Source: Blasia pusilla
Taxonomy: Eukaryota
Assembly: GCA_050084515.1 (NCBI GenBank)
Contig: CM114271.1
Span: 25,978,001-26,042,000, forward strand
Direction of reading: 5' to 3'
DNA length: 64,000 nt
In this document: piece after piece, positions 37,314 through 51,599 of the stretch
Numbering within the stretch: the first letter of the stretch is position 1
Layout of the letters: every line of letters begins with the position of its first letter
The notes under the pieces: generated by a model
Told to the model about the DNA's origin: nothing
Seen by the model: the letters and a program-made list of their open reading frames with translations, nothing else
Database searches by the model: none
Made by a program: the position numbers and the translations under genes

Positions 37314-40300
37314 ATGGCTGCGGTTATTGATCTTACAGATTTAAGTAGCGACGAGGAAGACAATTCAGGAAAATCTTCCGTTTCGGCTTCTACGGCTCAA
37401 GCGAGTGGGGTAGCAAAGAAGCGGGCTAAAGGTACCAGTAGTGGAAAGGTCGAAGGCTCAGTTTCAGGTAGAAATGTACAGGACAGGGAGAACACAAACG
37501 TTGTGTCGGAAAATGCGGCAGGCGCTAGAAAAGAGTCACCTCATCCGCCAACTCTTTTGAACGGAGGGACTAAAGGGCGGTCACAAGGTGTGCGGAAAGG
37601 GAGGACGGGAAAGAACGGTGACATGTCTTGGGATGAGGTGAGTTCTTCTCCTCGTCTTTCGAACTGGGGAGAACCACTTCCTCCTGAGCCGGAGTCGCTA
37701 CCTTCGCTTAGTCCTCGAGACAAAACGGGATGTAGTACGAGTAACAGCACTCATCCGCCAAGCAGCTCCGGTGCAATGTTTTCTCCCTCCAAAGTTAAAG
37801 CCCCCAGTTCTCCACCACCTAGCATGCCTTCGCCCGATGGCTCTGGAGTCTGTCGACATTTTTGGAGAGCAGGCGACTATGAAGCTCAACCATCAGCTGT
37901 TAGAACTGTACGAGGTCAGGCTCCTGTCGACACTGAATCAAGCTTTGGAAAATTGCAAATTAGTCGAAATACCTTTCCGCATTTTTCAGCGGCACTGTAT
38001 AGTATGTGATTATCCCCTTGCGGTCACCAGCAGGGCCATCTTTGCTTTGATGATTGAGGTGGACTTCTGGACAGAGGGTAGACCAATCTTCGGGATCTGC
38101 AGCAGCGACCACATCATGGCTGCAGTCCTACCTTCAAGCAGCTAATACTTTCGAATAAGTTGTGCAGGCGCAATGGACCACGTGCGTGTGCATCCCAAGT
38201 TTCTCCATTCTAATGCCACTTCGCATAAGTGGGCTCTTGGAGGTAAAGCCTTTCTTCGTTGTAAATTTTCTTCAGTCCTCGTCGCGTCAACGAGGCAATT
38301 TGACAGCCTAGTTTAACCACCAAGGTTCCACTTGATACCAGAATCCTCGACTCCCAAAAATGTTTTATGAAAGCTCCTGGCCCCTGCCAAGCATCTTTGA
38401 AGCCATTGAGGGTTTTATAATTTGTCGCTTAGCTGCATTTGATCACACCTTACTGTGAGCCGAATAATCTTTTTGCAGACAGTGTTTTTACTCTCCCGGA
38501 TGTGCTGTGTTAACGTGGAGGATCGTCTTAACATGTTTCCTCGCCCCTGTCCCGCTTCTTGATCGGTTGTGTCTGAGACTAATGGTTTTGGTGGGTGTTG
38601 ATCTACCAGCTGTTGCTGAGCTTCTTGACAATGCCGTGGATGAGGTAATGATGAATTCTCAAATGCAAGAACATATGTAGCTCGAAAAATTTATGAGGCT
38701 TAACGTTTCTGCAACCCTAGTATGTGAACAATTTTGTTTCTTTATCTCCAGTTGACTAGAGGAGAGTTCTGTCTTCTGTATCACAAGTCACTTTGAGTTC
38801 AGTTCTTTGGACTCCAATCATCTGAATGGACAAGACATTGACTTTGGTCAATTTAGGTTATGAATGGAGCCACGTTTGTGAATGTGGATAAGATTGCAAA
38901 TCCACGAGACAACAGCCCAGCTTTGCTTGTACAAGGTAAAGTGTTAGCAGCAAACTGTAGTGTTTGTGTATGTGGACCCTGTCTACGTGAAATTGTGTTT
39001 CATCTCGCAGCTGGTTAGCTAATGCTGCAGTGCTTTCCTTTCATGCAGTTTGGAAGATGTCAAAGTTTTGAGTCAGAGAGGTGAATCCTGCCCATAGGGA
39101 GATTGAACATATGTGGAATGCATTCATGTGCATTGAAGTCTTACATGCTCTGGTTGTCATTGTGTGACAAACTTTGAGTGTGCAGATGATGGAGGTGGAA
39201 TGACCCCTGACTGTATGCGTCAATGTATGAGTTTGGGTTACTCCAGAAAAAATACCAATGCCACTATTGGACAATGTAAGACTCTAGGGTCGTGCCCACT
39301 AGTTCTGTCATTGAGCCGCCTACTTGGATGTGCTTCAATTGTTCAGATGTTACTGCCATTACTACCAAATGGTGCTTTCCTTCCTCATCTGTCCCCATTT
39401 TAACATAGCTATGGGACGATTGAAACATTGGTATCAAAGAGTTTTCAACACTTTGGCAAGTGTTAGTTGCTGCCATTGGAAATGAAGTTAGTTCCCTGTC
39501 CAAAGGTACTTCCATTTCTATCATGGGTCAGGACATCATTCACTCTGATTTTCTACCTGCTTGCGAGGTATCATGGAAACAGGTAGTTCTCGTATTTGTA
39601 GACATTAACTTGCTCTGAAATTTGGATCTGTCTGCTAGATGGCAATGGTTTCAAGACAAGCACTATGCGTCTGGGAGCAGATGTGGTCGTCTTCAGTCGA
39701 TGTGGACAGGGATCGTAAGCATCAAACATTCTTTTTGGCTTGCAGAACATTCTTGCATTGGGGATGTGATTCTTGTGTGGAGAGTGGAGTGAAGAATAGG
39801 ATTGTTTTCAGAGTGAATGTTGTTAGTCTGGAGAGTAATTATAGGTGTGGGATATATTTGCCTTCAAGAACTCATGAATGATTTCCTCTGTGATGGAAGA
39901 ATGACACTGCATATGAGGCTAATAACTAGTGATAATATGGGCCCTATAAAGAATCTGCTCAAAGATCTGCTTAGAATGTGTTGTCGTTGGCCTCCATCTA
40001 ACCAATGTTGAAATATGGAAATTCACACTGAAGACTGTTTGGGTTATTTGCAGGTCGGTTACTCAAAGCATTGGGCTCTTATCTTACACCTTTTTGCGGA
40101 AAACTGGACATGAGGATGTGGTGGTTCCTATGGTATAATTCTCATCTTTCTATTGATGATGTAAAGGTATAGATATTACGTTAAGAAAGGAAAGGAGATT
40201 TAGTTTGGGATGGGTCCTTTGGTTGACACCAATGTGAACATTCAAAACTGTGTTGTAACACTCATTAGATGGTTGATACGGTAAGGCAACCTCAGAGTCA

Positions 40301-43300
40301 AACAAGAAGTTAGACAAGCCCTGAAAGATCTATACAGGGTAGACATTGTGGAGAAATCCCACCTGGGGTGATTATAATTCACTTCAATTTCTATGTTTTT
40401 CAGATTGCACACTTGTCAGCATGGTCACAGTGTGACTTATTTCCCACACAACCGTAGATGTCGGTCAAGCCCTAGAAGACTGTTTTAAGCGCTTGGACTC
40501 ATCACAGGTTCTGGTCAACGTCTTGTTGACTTTGTATATACTGTGTGGCAGATTGATTATGAAGTTTCACCACAGCGCGAGCGACGTGGGGAGGTACCCA
40601 GGAAGCTATTGCGAAGCACTCTGGAAGACTGGCACAGCAACCTGGCATCTATCTCTCAGTGGTCTCCATATTCATCTGAGGCTGAGATTTTAGCACAGGT
40701 TAGCAAGTATTAGGTCTCACAAGCTTTTTAGAAGTTCCAGGTTTGCGAGTGTTAGTGTATGAAGGTTAGTATCTCATGTCTGCTATGGGTTGTCTCTTGA
40801 CCTGATTTTTTCTGAGATTCAGGTTGGAGGGGATTTGGGAATGGTTTTCGTTGATGGAGCAAACATGAGTATCAATGACCATTGTAGCAGTTACAAGATA
40901 TGTGATGAGCAGAAATGTTGTCTATTTGTTGGTTTTCTAATCAAGAGGACAGGTTGGTTCACTAGAGATATGGAAATAGCCACAATCTGACATGTCTATC
41001 TGAGTGTAAGTGATGTGGTCTAAACTGCACAGTTGAAGGTGTATCTGCTATTCAGCTGGGACTCACATCTGAAAGTCACATGTTTAGATAAACCATTCCA
41101 AGAGTCAGGTTGGATAGAACAATAGTAGTGCACGAAATTGTCTTCCTAGCTCCCAAACATAATAAAATCCAACATAGGTTGGATTTCCAACTAGCTGGGG
41201 GACCATGGTAGCTACTGAAGCGCTGTAGAAGACTTCCCTTCACACACATGATTTTTGTCTTTCTGGAAGTAGATGCAGAGGTCATCTGTCAAGCCTTCAA
41301 AGATTAGTGGTTGTCAAAGGTCCTCTGGATAGGAGGATCTTCTGCACTTGGTTAGGATCATGTGCAAATATCCACTTATGAAAACACATTCGGTGTTTGT
41401 CCCCATAAGAAACAGATACCTGTTTCCTTCCATCCGACGGAAATACTTTTTGCTGGATGGAACGATTCCCTTTGTCTGCTATCATAGTGCCTGCCGAATA
41501 AATTCCCCTGCTTTTAATTGTGTGAGGTACACGTAAATCTCCTGCCCCTGCCTCCTGCATCCTGGGGATACTGTAGCTCCCGCATGCTGGATTCACCTTG
41601 GACCAAGGTGAAATTCCATGAGAGAGGGCTTAGACCCCCTACCGTTCTTTGAATCAGCTGTGGGTCACTGAAAAGTTCACCAACTTATTACTGAACTTAA
41701 TACTCGTGTGGATTGGGAGGTTGCCTTAGCGTTGTGGAGTGAACAGTCGCTTTGACACCAGGTGCACACAATCCATGTCTTATTCTAGGATAACAATGAC
41801 GAGCCCTATTCTACTTCATGACTTGGTTTGGAGCACTAACTGCTAACCCTTCTTGAATTTGGATGGGGATTTTTTGACTGTGCAGTTTGATGACCTCGGT
41901 CCCCATGGAACCAAAGTTGTTGTCTATAACCTTTGGTTCAATGATGATGGTGTCTTGGAGTTGGATTTCGACACTGACGAACACGTAAGTTTCTGAGCTT
42001 TCTTGCTTTGGGATAGAATTTGGAAGTCGTTTTCTTGAAGGTTATAAATATGGTTAACTGCAGATAAGTAAATGTGAATTAGAAACAAAAATTCTCAAAA
42101 CAATTTCCTATGTAACATTATAGTATAAAAAAAGTAACTTTTTAACATCTACCGTTGAAAGGATAATCAACTATTCAACAGTGTATTGATGCGATCTTTC
42201 TTGTCTGGATGTGATCAGGACATCCAACTAAGAGGAGGTGTAAAACAAGATAAAGGCAAGCCGGTTCAAACTCAGCTTTCTCAACAGCATATTGCCAACC
42301 GGTATCACCACTCACTGCGTGTAAGTGAAAGAAACATTTTATGAAGTCAATTATGAGAAGACAAATGGGGAGAAAAACTGCCCTAAGCACAACAGCCTGT
42401 GTGTACTTGGGGCTTGATAATTAAATATAATGAAAGTGTAGATTGATGACTTCTGGTGGATTTTCCAGGTTTATGCCTCAATACTATACTTGCAGATGCC
42501 TCCTGGCTTTCAAATAATATTACGAGGGAAGCCTGTGGAGCACCACAGCATAGCTTCGGATCTAAAGTTCCCAGAGCAAATCATCTACAAACCACAGATT
42601 GGTAATAGCAAAGACGCTAATAAAGAGGTAAGTTCAGTTTTAAATTGGGTATCAGTAGCTCACTCAGCAAACTGAAGCCAGTTACGTCCAGAGAGCATTT
42701 TTCACATCTGTGGAGGATGATCTCATGTGTTCGTGTGTATGTTGGTCATCTTATGTTTTTTTTTTGTCAGAAACTGCGTCCCAGTAAATGATCAACGAAA
42801 GAAGAGGAGAACTATTTTCACTTTTAAGTGAGTTTCTGGTAGTTTGCTGTGCCAGGAATTATTGACCTCTATGGGCTGTATTCTCTTGTGGGCATTCCGT
42901 GGGTATTGTATGTAAAGATCGCATTTCTTCCCTCGACGTAACTGATGGATTTATTTTGATTATTCTTACAGACTTCGGTGATCACAGTCATTGGTTTCAC
43001 TAAAGAAGCTCCTTTAATTAATGTGCATGGGTTCAACGTATACCACAAGAACCGTCTCATTATGGTACGTGTATTGTTCTGATTGTGTTGCTGCTAGTGC
43101 AGAGTTAGTTCCTTGTCCAACTTTATAAACATCATAGATGTTCAGTTGCTCTTGGAAGCTCCAAAAGTACTTCATCTACTAAATTCGTCTGAATTTCAAG
43201 AAATGACAGCCATCCACGAAGTATGTTGTTAATAAGGGTTGAAGAATAAGAAAGGGAGACTGCAAGAGGCAAAGTTAAAATTCTGGGCATGTAAGGCTGT

Positions 43301-46300
43301 GGTGCGTAGATGGGCAAGCTCTACTAGGACTTGAATTCCACTCTTGAAGTAACGGTGCCGGATCAGTGGGTTAGGTGTATGGTCTCTAGGCTAATACAAG
43401 CATTACTTAATGATTAGAGTCTCTGGAAGACTGGAAAGATATGGAATGGGCCTCATAACCTGGATTTACAGGGACTATTATAGGACATAATAAAATAGAT
43501 GGCCTTATTCTGTCAAGCAATGTCAAGTAAGCAACTTCTATCAAGCAACTTTATGATAGGCTTCATCCTTCAAGATACTGTTGCAGTTAGTGTACATTTT
43601 TTCATCTCAACTTGAATTTTTGGCATTGGTGGTTCTTCATTATTGAACTCTTGGTCATCTACTGAATTGCAGCCGTTCTGGAAAGTCTGGCAAGACAATA
43701 GCAGTCGAGGAAGAGGTGTTGTTGGTGAGTACAATGGTGCTGAATATGAGCATATCTTACTTTTGCATCAGGCATGGCTAGTCATGCAAGTTTTCTTGAA
43801 TTAGCTTGAATTGATTGCCAGTATCAAATTTTTGGGGAGTCTTGCTATCATCTTGATCAAGGCCGTCTAATAGATTTTTTGTGATGCAGGTGTTTTGGAG
43901 GCAAATTTTGTTGAGCCTGCCCATGATAAACAAGACTTTGAAAGAACGGCTGTTCTTCTGAGACTTGAAACTCGTTTGAAGCAAATGACAGTAGAATACT
44001 GGTATGTTTGGTTATGCAACTTTAATGTTTTTCATGTAGCTTCTTTTCCCCCTAGAATCTCTTGTCCACCTGCTGCTCCTTGTAGGATGTAAACTATCAA
44101 CCTCCAATTTGAAAGTCTCTGCCAACAATACAATTCCTATCTGATTTACTTTTACTAACATACTTGGCCTCTTGGTTTTGTGAAAGTAGCTATGATATGA
44201 CGCACATGGTTGGTACATTGTTTATGTATTAATATGTGATCTCGCACATTTTGAACCACAGTTAAAAAGGCTTGAAGTTGCCCTCATGTCTGAATCTTGA
44301 GTGATGGCACCTCTTGAGTTCTGATGCTTCCCGACTGATTTGGTCCTTACCGGTTTTTCCTTACTTTCAGGAACTTGCACTGCCATTTGATTGGGTACCA
44401 ACCTAATACCAAGGCAGGAAAAGCTCGCAAAGCATCAGCTGTTCCTCCTCCTCCTCCTGCTGCTGCTGCAATAGAGTATCCTTCACCAATTGCAAGTATC
44501 ACTCCTTCGGAGACTCTTCCAAAGTCCGCTCCACTTCCTCGTGGACCAGGTCAGGAGCCTGGTAGTTCAGACGTACTCTCTTCTGGGGGCTCCAGGTCAA
44601 CTGCTCCTCGTCAGGATGGTAGTGGATCCTCCCTACCAAATAGTGAATCTGTCACTCTGGCCTCTCAGAGGGCAGGTTTTGAAGGTGGGCCTGCAAAGGC
44701 TGCTGTCCCATCTGCTTCAGCTCCATCCACTCCTCCCCAACCTGCGGCTGATGGTTTGAAATCTCCCAATGGGGATCGTGTAGCAGGTCCCCAGGTGAAG
44801 GCGGAGCCGGTTGAGGTAGCCCTTGATTCATTAAAGAGACCAAGTTTTGATAGCTCTGCTTCAGAAGCAGTCCAAAGATTTAAGCGGCAGCGCATGGCAG
44901 ATGCAATCAGTTCTCAGGTGTGCAAAGTCTTGGCAGCTGGTCGGAAGGTTTTCAGTTGTTTTATGAGGAGTCTTTCCAGTTGGCCACTTTAAGCTAGCAA
45001 CTAGTGGCATCTGTACCGCATACAGGTTTCTGGTTATCCTCAATTAGCATCGATAATTGTCCATGGAAATTTTGCTGCTGCATGTGTCTGTCTGTGATTA
45101 TAGTACCTGGACCTTTTCTCCATCAGGGTGCTACCCACAGACTCTAAGACTATTAAAATTGGACTGTCGTATGTAATTGTCAAAAATGTAATTCTGTGTG
45201 CATTCCATTTTTACTTGAAAATTGATAACAATTTATAGATCTCCTATTAGAATACTCATTGAGAAGAAAGTCGAAGCTTGCATGATTATTACTCAGTGGA
45301 AATGCAGCCAAAGAATGAGCCAGCCTTTAGACACTTAGATGCTATAGAGTACATTTTGGGGCAAATCTATTTCTCGAAATTGATAGTATGTTTAGAGATG
45401 CTTGCTGTTAGATTGTGCAAATGCATAGCCCCAATAAAGGGCCATGGTAATCAGATCTGTACCTGAGGCTGTGGAAGTAATGGGTAAGGGAGATAAGACT
45501 TTTGGCTGTTTCCCCTCCCGTTATGGCAGAAATTTGGCACAACGTGAGATAGAGTGGTTGGTACTGTAAATGCTCAGAAGCAATAGCAAACTTACCTCTT
45601 CGAAGAAATTGTTAACGCAATACAGGAATGATGGAAAGGCCTTACAGCAACACATTGAGACACCCTATTACATTTCAGTTGATGTTAATGGCGACCAAGG
45701 CTTTTGGAACACTGGATAAAGCATTATAGAAGAGGGCATTTGAGTAAAAATACTGTGAGAGATGAGCTGGTGGGAAGGAATGGATGAGGACTAGTCTTGG
45801 AATTTCAGAAAAGAATTATTTTGTCATCAATTGATATGACAGAGGCTCTTCTGATCTTTGGGTGACCTTGTATCAGACAAATCAAGTAAGTGCGAGAGAC
45901 ACCGTCGCAGGAACAGATGCTACCCTCACAGTGCAAAATCAGGAGAATGATGCAATGATGATTGAGTTGATTGAAGAGAACTCCCAACTCAGAGCAAGGT
46001 AAATGGGCCAAGTAGTTTCCATTAATGGGATGGTTTTATGATTTCAATATGAAATGAATGCCTTGGCCCTTGTTCCCAGGTGTTAAAAATGAAGAATGAA
46101 CTACTGGGTATGACAATGTGGGCATCCCTTCTGGGTATGAAATGTCTGAAGTGTAAGTACATTAGTTTCCCTCGATGGCTTCACCTTCAGGATGATTCCT
46201 TTTCTGAAAACCCAATGAGGTTCCTTTCAGCTTGGGGGACTCCTCATCCAAGCTGTGTAAGAGTGCACTGGGCTGCTTCATCTACCAATTTCAGCTGATT

Positions 46301-47491
46301 GAGCCACATGGCACGCTACAACTCCTTGTTTCAATCATGCCAAAAGCCATGCAACTGCAGCCATACCACACGCAATCAGTGGAATCAACCTCCCTTTGCA
46401 TATTTAACCCTGTAGGATCCCATTGTAATCTGATTCCAACAAACTCAATGTTGACGAGTTGGATTTATAAGTCCAAGGTCTAGAAGGTATACTTGGAAGA
46501 AAAGTCTTGAAGTTTGCAAAGTGGATACTTTCCTCCAGTGGACTGAAGTTTTGTGGATTGTGGTGCAGATGTGTTGAATGTGAACATCACAACAGGGAGC
46601 TGATTTCCAAGGTACAGCTTAGTCTATTCAATCCTGGCTTTACTATGTTTGGTTGATTAAACTTCTGTCACCATGGAGTCTTGGGGAGAGCTCTGAAGTA
46701 TTATTGGAATTGCCTTCTAAAGACCATTGCAGTAACGAGCAACAACCCCACATACTTTGAGGGATGTGGGTTTGAACTTGACAACCCTGGCTCCTGTACT
46801 TGTCTGTACATCAACCTTTAGTTAGACGACTAATACCAAGAAAATATGGTTCACTGCTTACCACAAAAGGGATTTGCGCAGCAACATTCTAGCGTAGACT
46901 TTCCACTAATCCTGTTTTGCTAAGATAATTGAATCCGCAAATTACTGTTGGCATGATTTCTACACAAGTGGCATGAAAATCAAAAGTTCATTTTCAAATT
47001 GTTAAAACTTTCGAAGATTGACGGCTTTTTGCGTTATTACTCAATGTTCATTGCCCCTGACAGGTTTCCAAGTTAGAAAAAGAGCTCCTAGAGGCCAATG
47101 CGAGGAGTGCTATTCTGCAGGAAACAATTGAGAAGCATAGAAAAGTCCGAGTACAAGAGCGACAAAATGAACAAATAGTTTCAGAAAATGATGATGGATT
47201 GGTAAGCGGTTGAAAGGAGGCCCCCACTGTTGGGCCTTTGTTTGAATTATAGCCCAAAGAGCAATCTTGACACCCTTGTTCTTGTGGTTTTCTGAAACTT
47301 CTAGATTATATGGGTAGCACTTAACGTCTCTGCATGGTTGGATTTTGCAACAGAAGTCTGTAGCAGAAGATAAATCACCATCAGTGAGAGCTTCTGCATC
47401 CAAGGAGGCTCCACCGGGGATGAAAGAACCTCCTGTGATAAGTTCTCCATCCATTGTACCAGTATCAGTTGTAGTGAAAGTAGAGCAATAG
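37314..47491 (+). CDS. MORC: MORC/CRT1-family GHKL ATPase (GHKL + S5 fold + C-terminal coiled coil), 19 coding exons
   Basis: Exons with GT-AG ends and consistent phase: 37314-37914, 38168-38242, 38610-38644, 38857-38935, 39186-39275, 39639-39714, 40054-40132, 40552-40698, 41886-41984, 42219-42320, 42469-42627, 42972-43064, 43673-43724, 43890-44001, 44371-44917, 45877-45998, 46569-46611, 47064-47201, 47354-47491. Motifs: [111 protein letters not shown]. The last four exons are less certain. Confidence 0.95.
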
Positions 47492-48749
47492 AGATGCGGC
47501 CTAGTGGTAGAACATTGTATACCGCTTGAAATTGTGGAGCACAGTGCTACTATTGTGGTACTTGCAATAGAGGATGAGGTTCTTCCATGAAGAGTTCAGA
47601 GTGAGGGTAAGCCTCGGTTTTAGTTTCCTGTTAATTTCATTCAGAGTATGGACAGTGATCTTGAGTACAACCAGCATAGATCCAAACCGAAAATGTAAAA
47701 GCCTAAAGGCCTTTTTGAGCTTGTGGCCAGGAGTTTCTTTCTAGAGAGGCAGCCCTTGGAGAAGGGGTGTAGGCAGCCCTAGTATTTTGTTAAATATGTC
47801 TTGTCCACAAAGAGCAGAAGTTACTCTCATGGCCACATTGTGGCATTCGGGTCTCTTGGTTTTAATTTGTGTGTAGGTGGTTTTCTGAAGATTTGTTAAC
47901 AGCTATGGTGGGGGTTTTTTCAAACATCATGTTTCGCGATTCGTGATTTTTTTCGCTGGGATGGATTGGAACTCCCAAGCTTCTAGCTTTAGCAAAACCG
48001 CGTCGATGCTGCCCATGACAGAAACCAAAAAATTATCATACTTGTCTGTCAGTCACGGCTCTGTTTTCATTTCTGTAGCAGGGCCCCATGTATTTGGATT
48101 TCTTGGATCAGCTTAAGTCTGGTACTCGTCAATGTCCTGGAGCAGGATTCCTATGTTAATCTGAATCGGTGGAGCAGGATGCGCCTGGTATTCATGAATG
48201 CTGGGGAGCTGCTACCCCGCTAGCTGGTTACATTCCAGGCTTTTGTGGACTGTAAGAGGATTGCGGACTGCAAGACTCGAGTAGAGGCTATATGGAGACA
48301 CTCCTCTATATAGATGACCGTCATCTGAAGACCTTCCCTTTTAATTATATAGAGAATGAGAACTTCTGCGGAGGGTTTCCTCTTTTAATGAAGAGTAGTA
48401 AAAAGATTAGTAAGGAAATAAGGAAAATATTGCTCCTTGCGGATAACAACAAAAGAAATTTGAATTCGTATGCATCATTAATTTCTTCCTCTCAGGAGCT
48501 ATATACTAATTCTTCAATCACTTCCTTATTTCCTTTCCTTCTTTCAAAGATAAGTCTTCCACAATAATGGGTGAACCTCGGTTCCGTAGTATAACCCTGA
48601 CTTGTGAGAGGAATATTATTTAGATCTAATATATACTTTTAGATGGGGTTTAAAGAACAAGTGGATTTCCAGTCCTCCCGTATTGACATGCGTATGGGAG
48701 AAACAATCTACGCCCCACATTGACTTGAGTGCTTTTTAACGAAAAGAAA

Positions 48750-48806
48750 ATTACAGGATGCTCCTCTAGTACGTGCCTTACACTTTCTAGAGGAGCATCC
48801 TGTAAT
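48750..48806. repeat. Perfect 20-bp inverted repeat with 17-nt spacer; possible minimal Tc1/mariner-type MITE remnant
   Basis: ATTACAGGATGCTCCTCTAG (48750-48769) / CTAGAGGAGCATCCTGTAAT (48787-48806). Reads as TA|CAGG...CCTG|TA. Confidence 0.7.
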
Positions 48807-51599
48807 CTAAAGGCTATAGAATTCAAACGAAAAACTTGTCACCCTTGGAAAACACAACTCTTAGATTTCGAGCTGTAAAGCGATAGTGGGTTGGTATACG
48901 TGGAAAGAATATATGTGACTAGATCATCACACTCCTGCAATAATTTGCTCATGCACAGGTTGAAATGACTTCTCTCTCGAGGGCATTCTAGATTTGTGTC
49001 TGAGGGAAAAATGCACCGAGGTGGTATTGTTGGGCTTGGACGACCCGGACCGTTGGGGAAGGTCTTCCGACTCCATTACAGAGTCTAGCTTTTCTTTCCC
49101 ATTTGATGAAGTTTTGAAGTCGCCACAAGCTATTTTTTTCGTTTAGCAAGTTACATTTTCTCGAAAAATGAGGATTTGTTGGTGTGGAGTGCGTGGTCAA
49201 CGTAACATCCTTAGGTGTATGAAATACAAGGTATGAATTTCAAAGACCTTCGTTCAAAGTAATAATCTTGAGTTCTTGGTGGGCAATGGTCAAATTATAT
49301 AATTAAAAGACAATGAAAAGAGGATGGGATTAGAGAATAACTTCCTTGAGTTGACCCTCATTAAAAAAAATTAAATAAGGAAGGGAAAGGAAGCTTTACA
49401 CTAGATTTTTTCTAAAATTTGAAGATCATTTCAGTATCTCCTTACCAGTATCTCCTTACCAGTATACGTTTGAGGATGGGTTTAGTTTATTTCCCAAAAT
49501 GATTATTGATTTTAGAAATTGGCAAATATCATTTGAAATCAGTTTTGAACTATCTTATTGGTTTGAAGGTGAGGAAGCGTATTGGTTGAGGATGCCAAGC
49601 AGCGATGAGTTTGAAAAATGAAAGGGCATGCTCCAAAAATATTATAAGTTTAGTGGTTATGATAAGGAAAATCGTGAAAAGAAAAGGAAATAATAAATTT
49701 ATAAAAAATATGAAGGAGCTTGAGTGTTTAGTAAAAGTGCCATAGAAGTGTAAAATGTGAGTGTTCTCTTAGATTTTAATTGACTATTTTGACTACAAAC
49801 ATTTTCGTTATTAGTAATTCAGTGATCATGTGGCAAACGAGTATGAAACTATAGATGTAGATGTGAAATTCCATGAGGATTTAATACATTCATATTTTTT
49901 TTCTGAATATTTTGTGAAGAATTTTTTTAATGATTCGTCATTTAATATGGCAAAAGATTATGAAAAGGTATATGTAGATTTGATATTGCATAAAGATATT
50001 ATGATTTAATAAATTATTATTATTTTTGAATATTTTGGAAAATCTATTTCTAATTAATGGTGGAAATCATTAGACACTGAAAAAATGAGAATAAAGTAAT
50101 AAAAATATATTTTTCTTGAATATTAATGGTAATGGATCTATAATTAGGCTTCAAATTTTTTTCATATTCTTTCTTTACTACTTGGAGAGTTTTTTTGATC
50201 TTATCCCCATCTCCAATAAAAACAAGAAGATGATTCATTTTGGTATTTTTTTCCCTTAATAGAATTAAAAGTTTGCTCCCAACCTAGCTTGAAAATAATC
50301 TTTCAATAACGTAAATACAAAATCTCTTTCATCATTAGGAAGAATAGTCCTTTTTGCACCATTCTCTAAGAATACTCTTTTTATAAAAAAAATTACTAAA
50401 AGTTCTCTCCAAAGTAAACTTTATAATTATCTCTTGAATCATTTTTATGCATTAAATTGTAAACAAATAGATTCAATTTTAAAATGAAAAAATGTTCATA
50501 ATTACTAAAAACCTATTTTTTTTCCAGGTTCGTATAAGGTTAACTTGAAAAGAAACTAGATAGGCTTCATGGAAAGGTTTAAAAATTGGTTATAATTCAC
50601 AGGTCCTCCATATAAGCTACCATGAAATAATATATGCCATAGAAATGTCAAATAAGAGTTTTTATATTCTTGTTGAAGTTTTTGGACTACGAAAATTTTG
50701 ATAGAACAAAATTTCCAATTCGAAAGTTATGATATGCAAAACAATTGAAGAGTTTAGCAGGTAAACTAGAAGGGCTAATTGTGGATAACGCACCCGATGA
50801 TGATCGACCCCCCTAGTTTACCACAAACATATGCTCATATTTAGGGGGCTTGGGTATTTTTTTATAAAATATATTTTTACTTGCCCGAATCTCGCTGCTC
50901 GTTCAAGTAGGCCCTACATGCAATAAATGCATAAAGTCGGATGTTTATGTGTTTTGTTCTGAGACACCCTATTCTTGCTCGGTCTTGTCACGTAAATATT
51001 CCGTATGTTGAAAAGCTCTCCTTTTATTCCAAAAGCTATTATGCTCCAATAGGCCTCCATAGCTTTGCAATGTGCCCAAGCCAATGGACTTTTGTGGCGA
51101 GCTTAGGCTATGGGAGACACCTATACTAGAAGCCCATTTAATATTGTCTCCTATGGCGAATTTAACGGGAAAGGGTTCCCACTTTTGAACTCAAAATGGG
51201 ACTTCCATCCCTATTTTTTATTGATTTTTTTCCCCAAAAAACTATGAGATCCGAGTCGGGAATCACTCCCCCCAAATCTATGAGATTCGAATCCTTGAAT
51301 CAGATGGGATGACCGATTGATCGAACCATCAGACAGAGCGATCAGGATGGGGTGGTTTCTTCCGCGGAGTCACGAAAAGTGGGATGCGGTGCCAGCGCCG
51401 TTGGCTACCCGGTCCCATGTGGCCGGCTCTTGCCCAATCTCAATAGGGGTCACTACGACCATCGCATAACAACCGCAAAAATAATATTAGTTTCTTATAA
51501 TCGATTCCTCATGATTGATAACAAAGTCCTAGATATTTACGCCCTATGTGGCAAAATATATCCACTTTATTATAAAATAAACCTCAAAAGAGGACAAAG

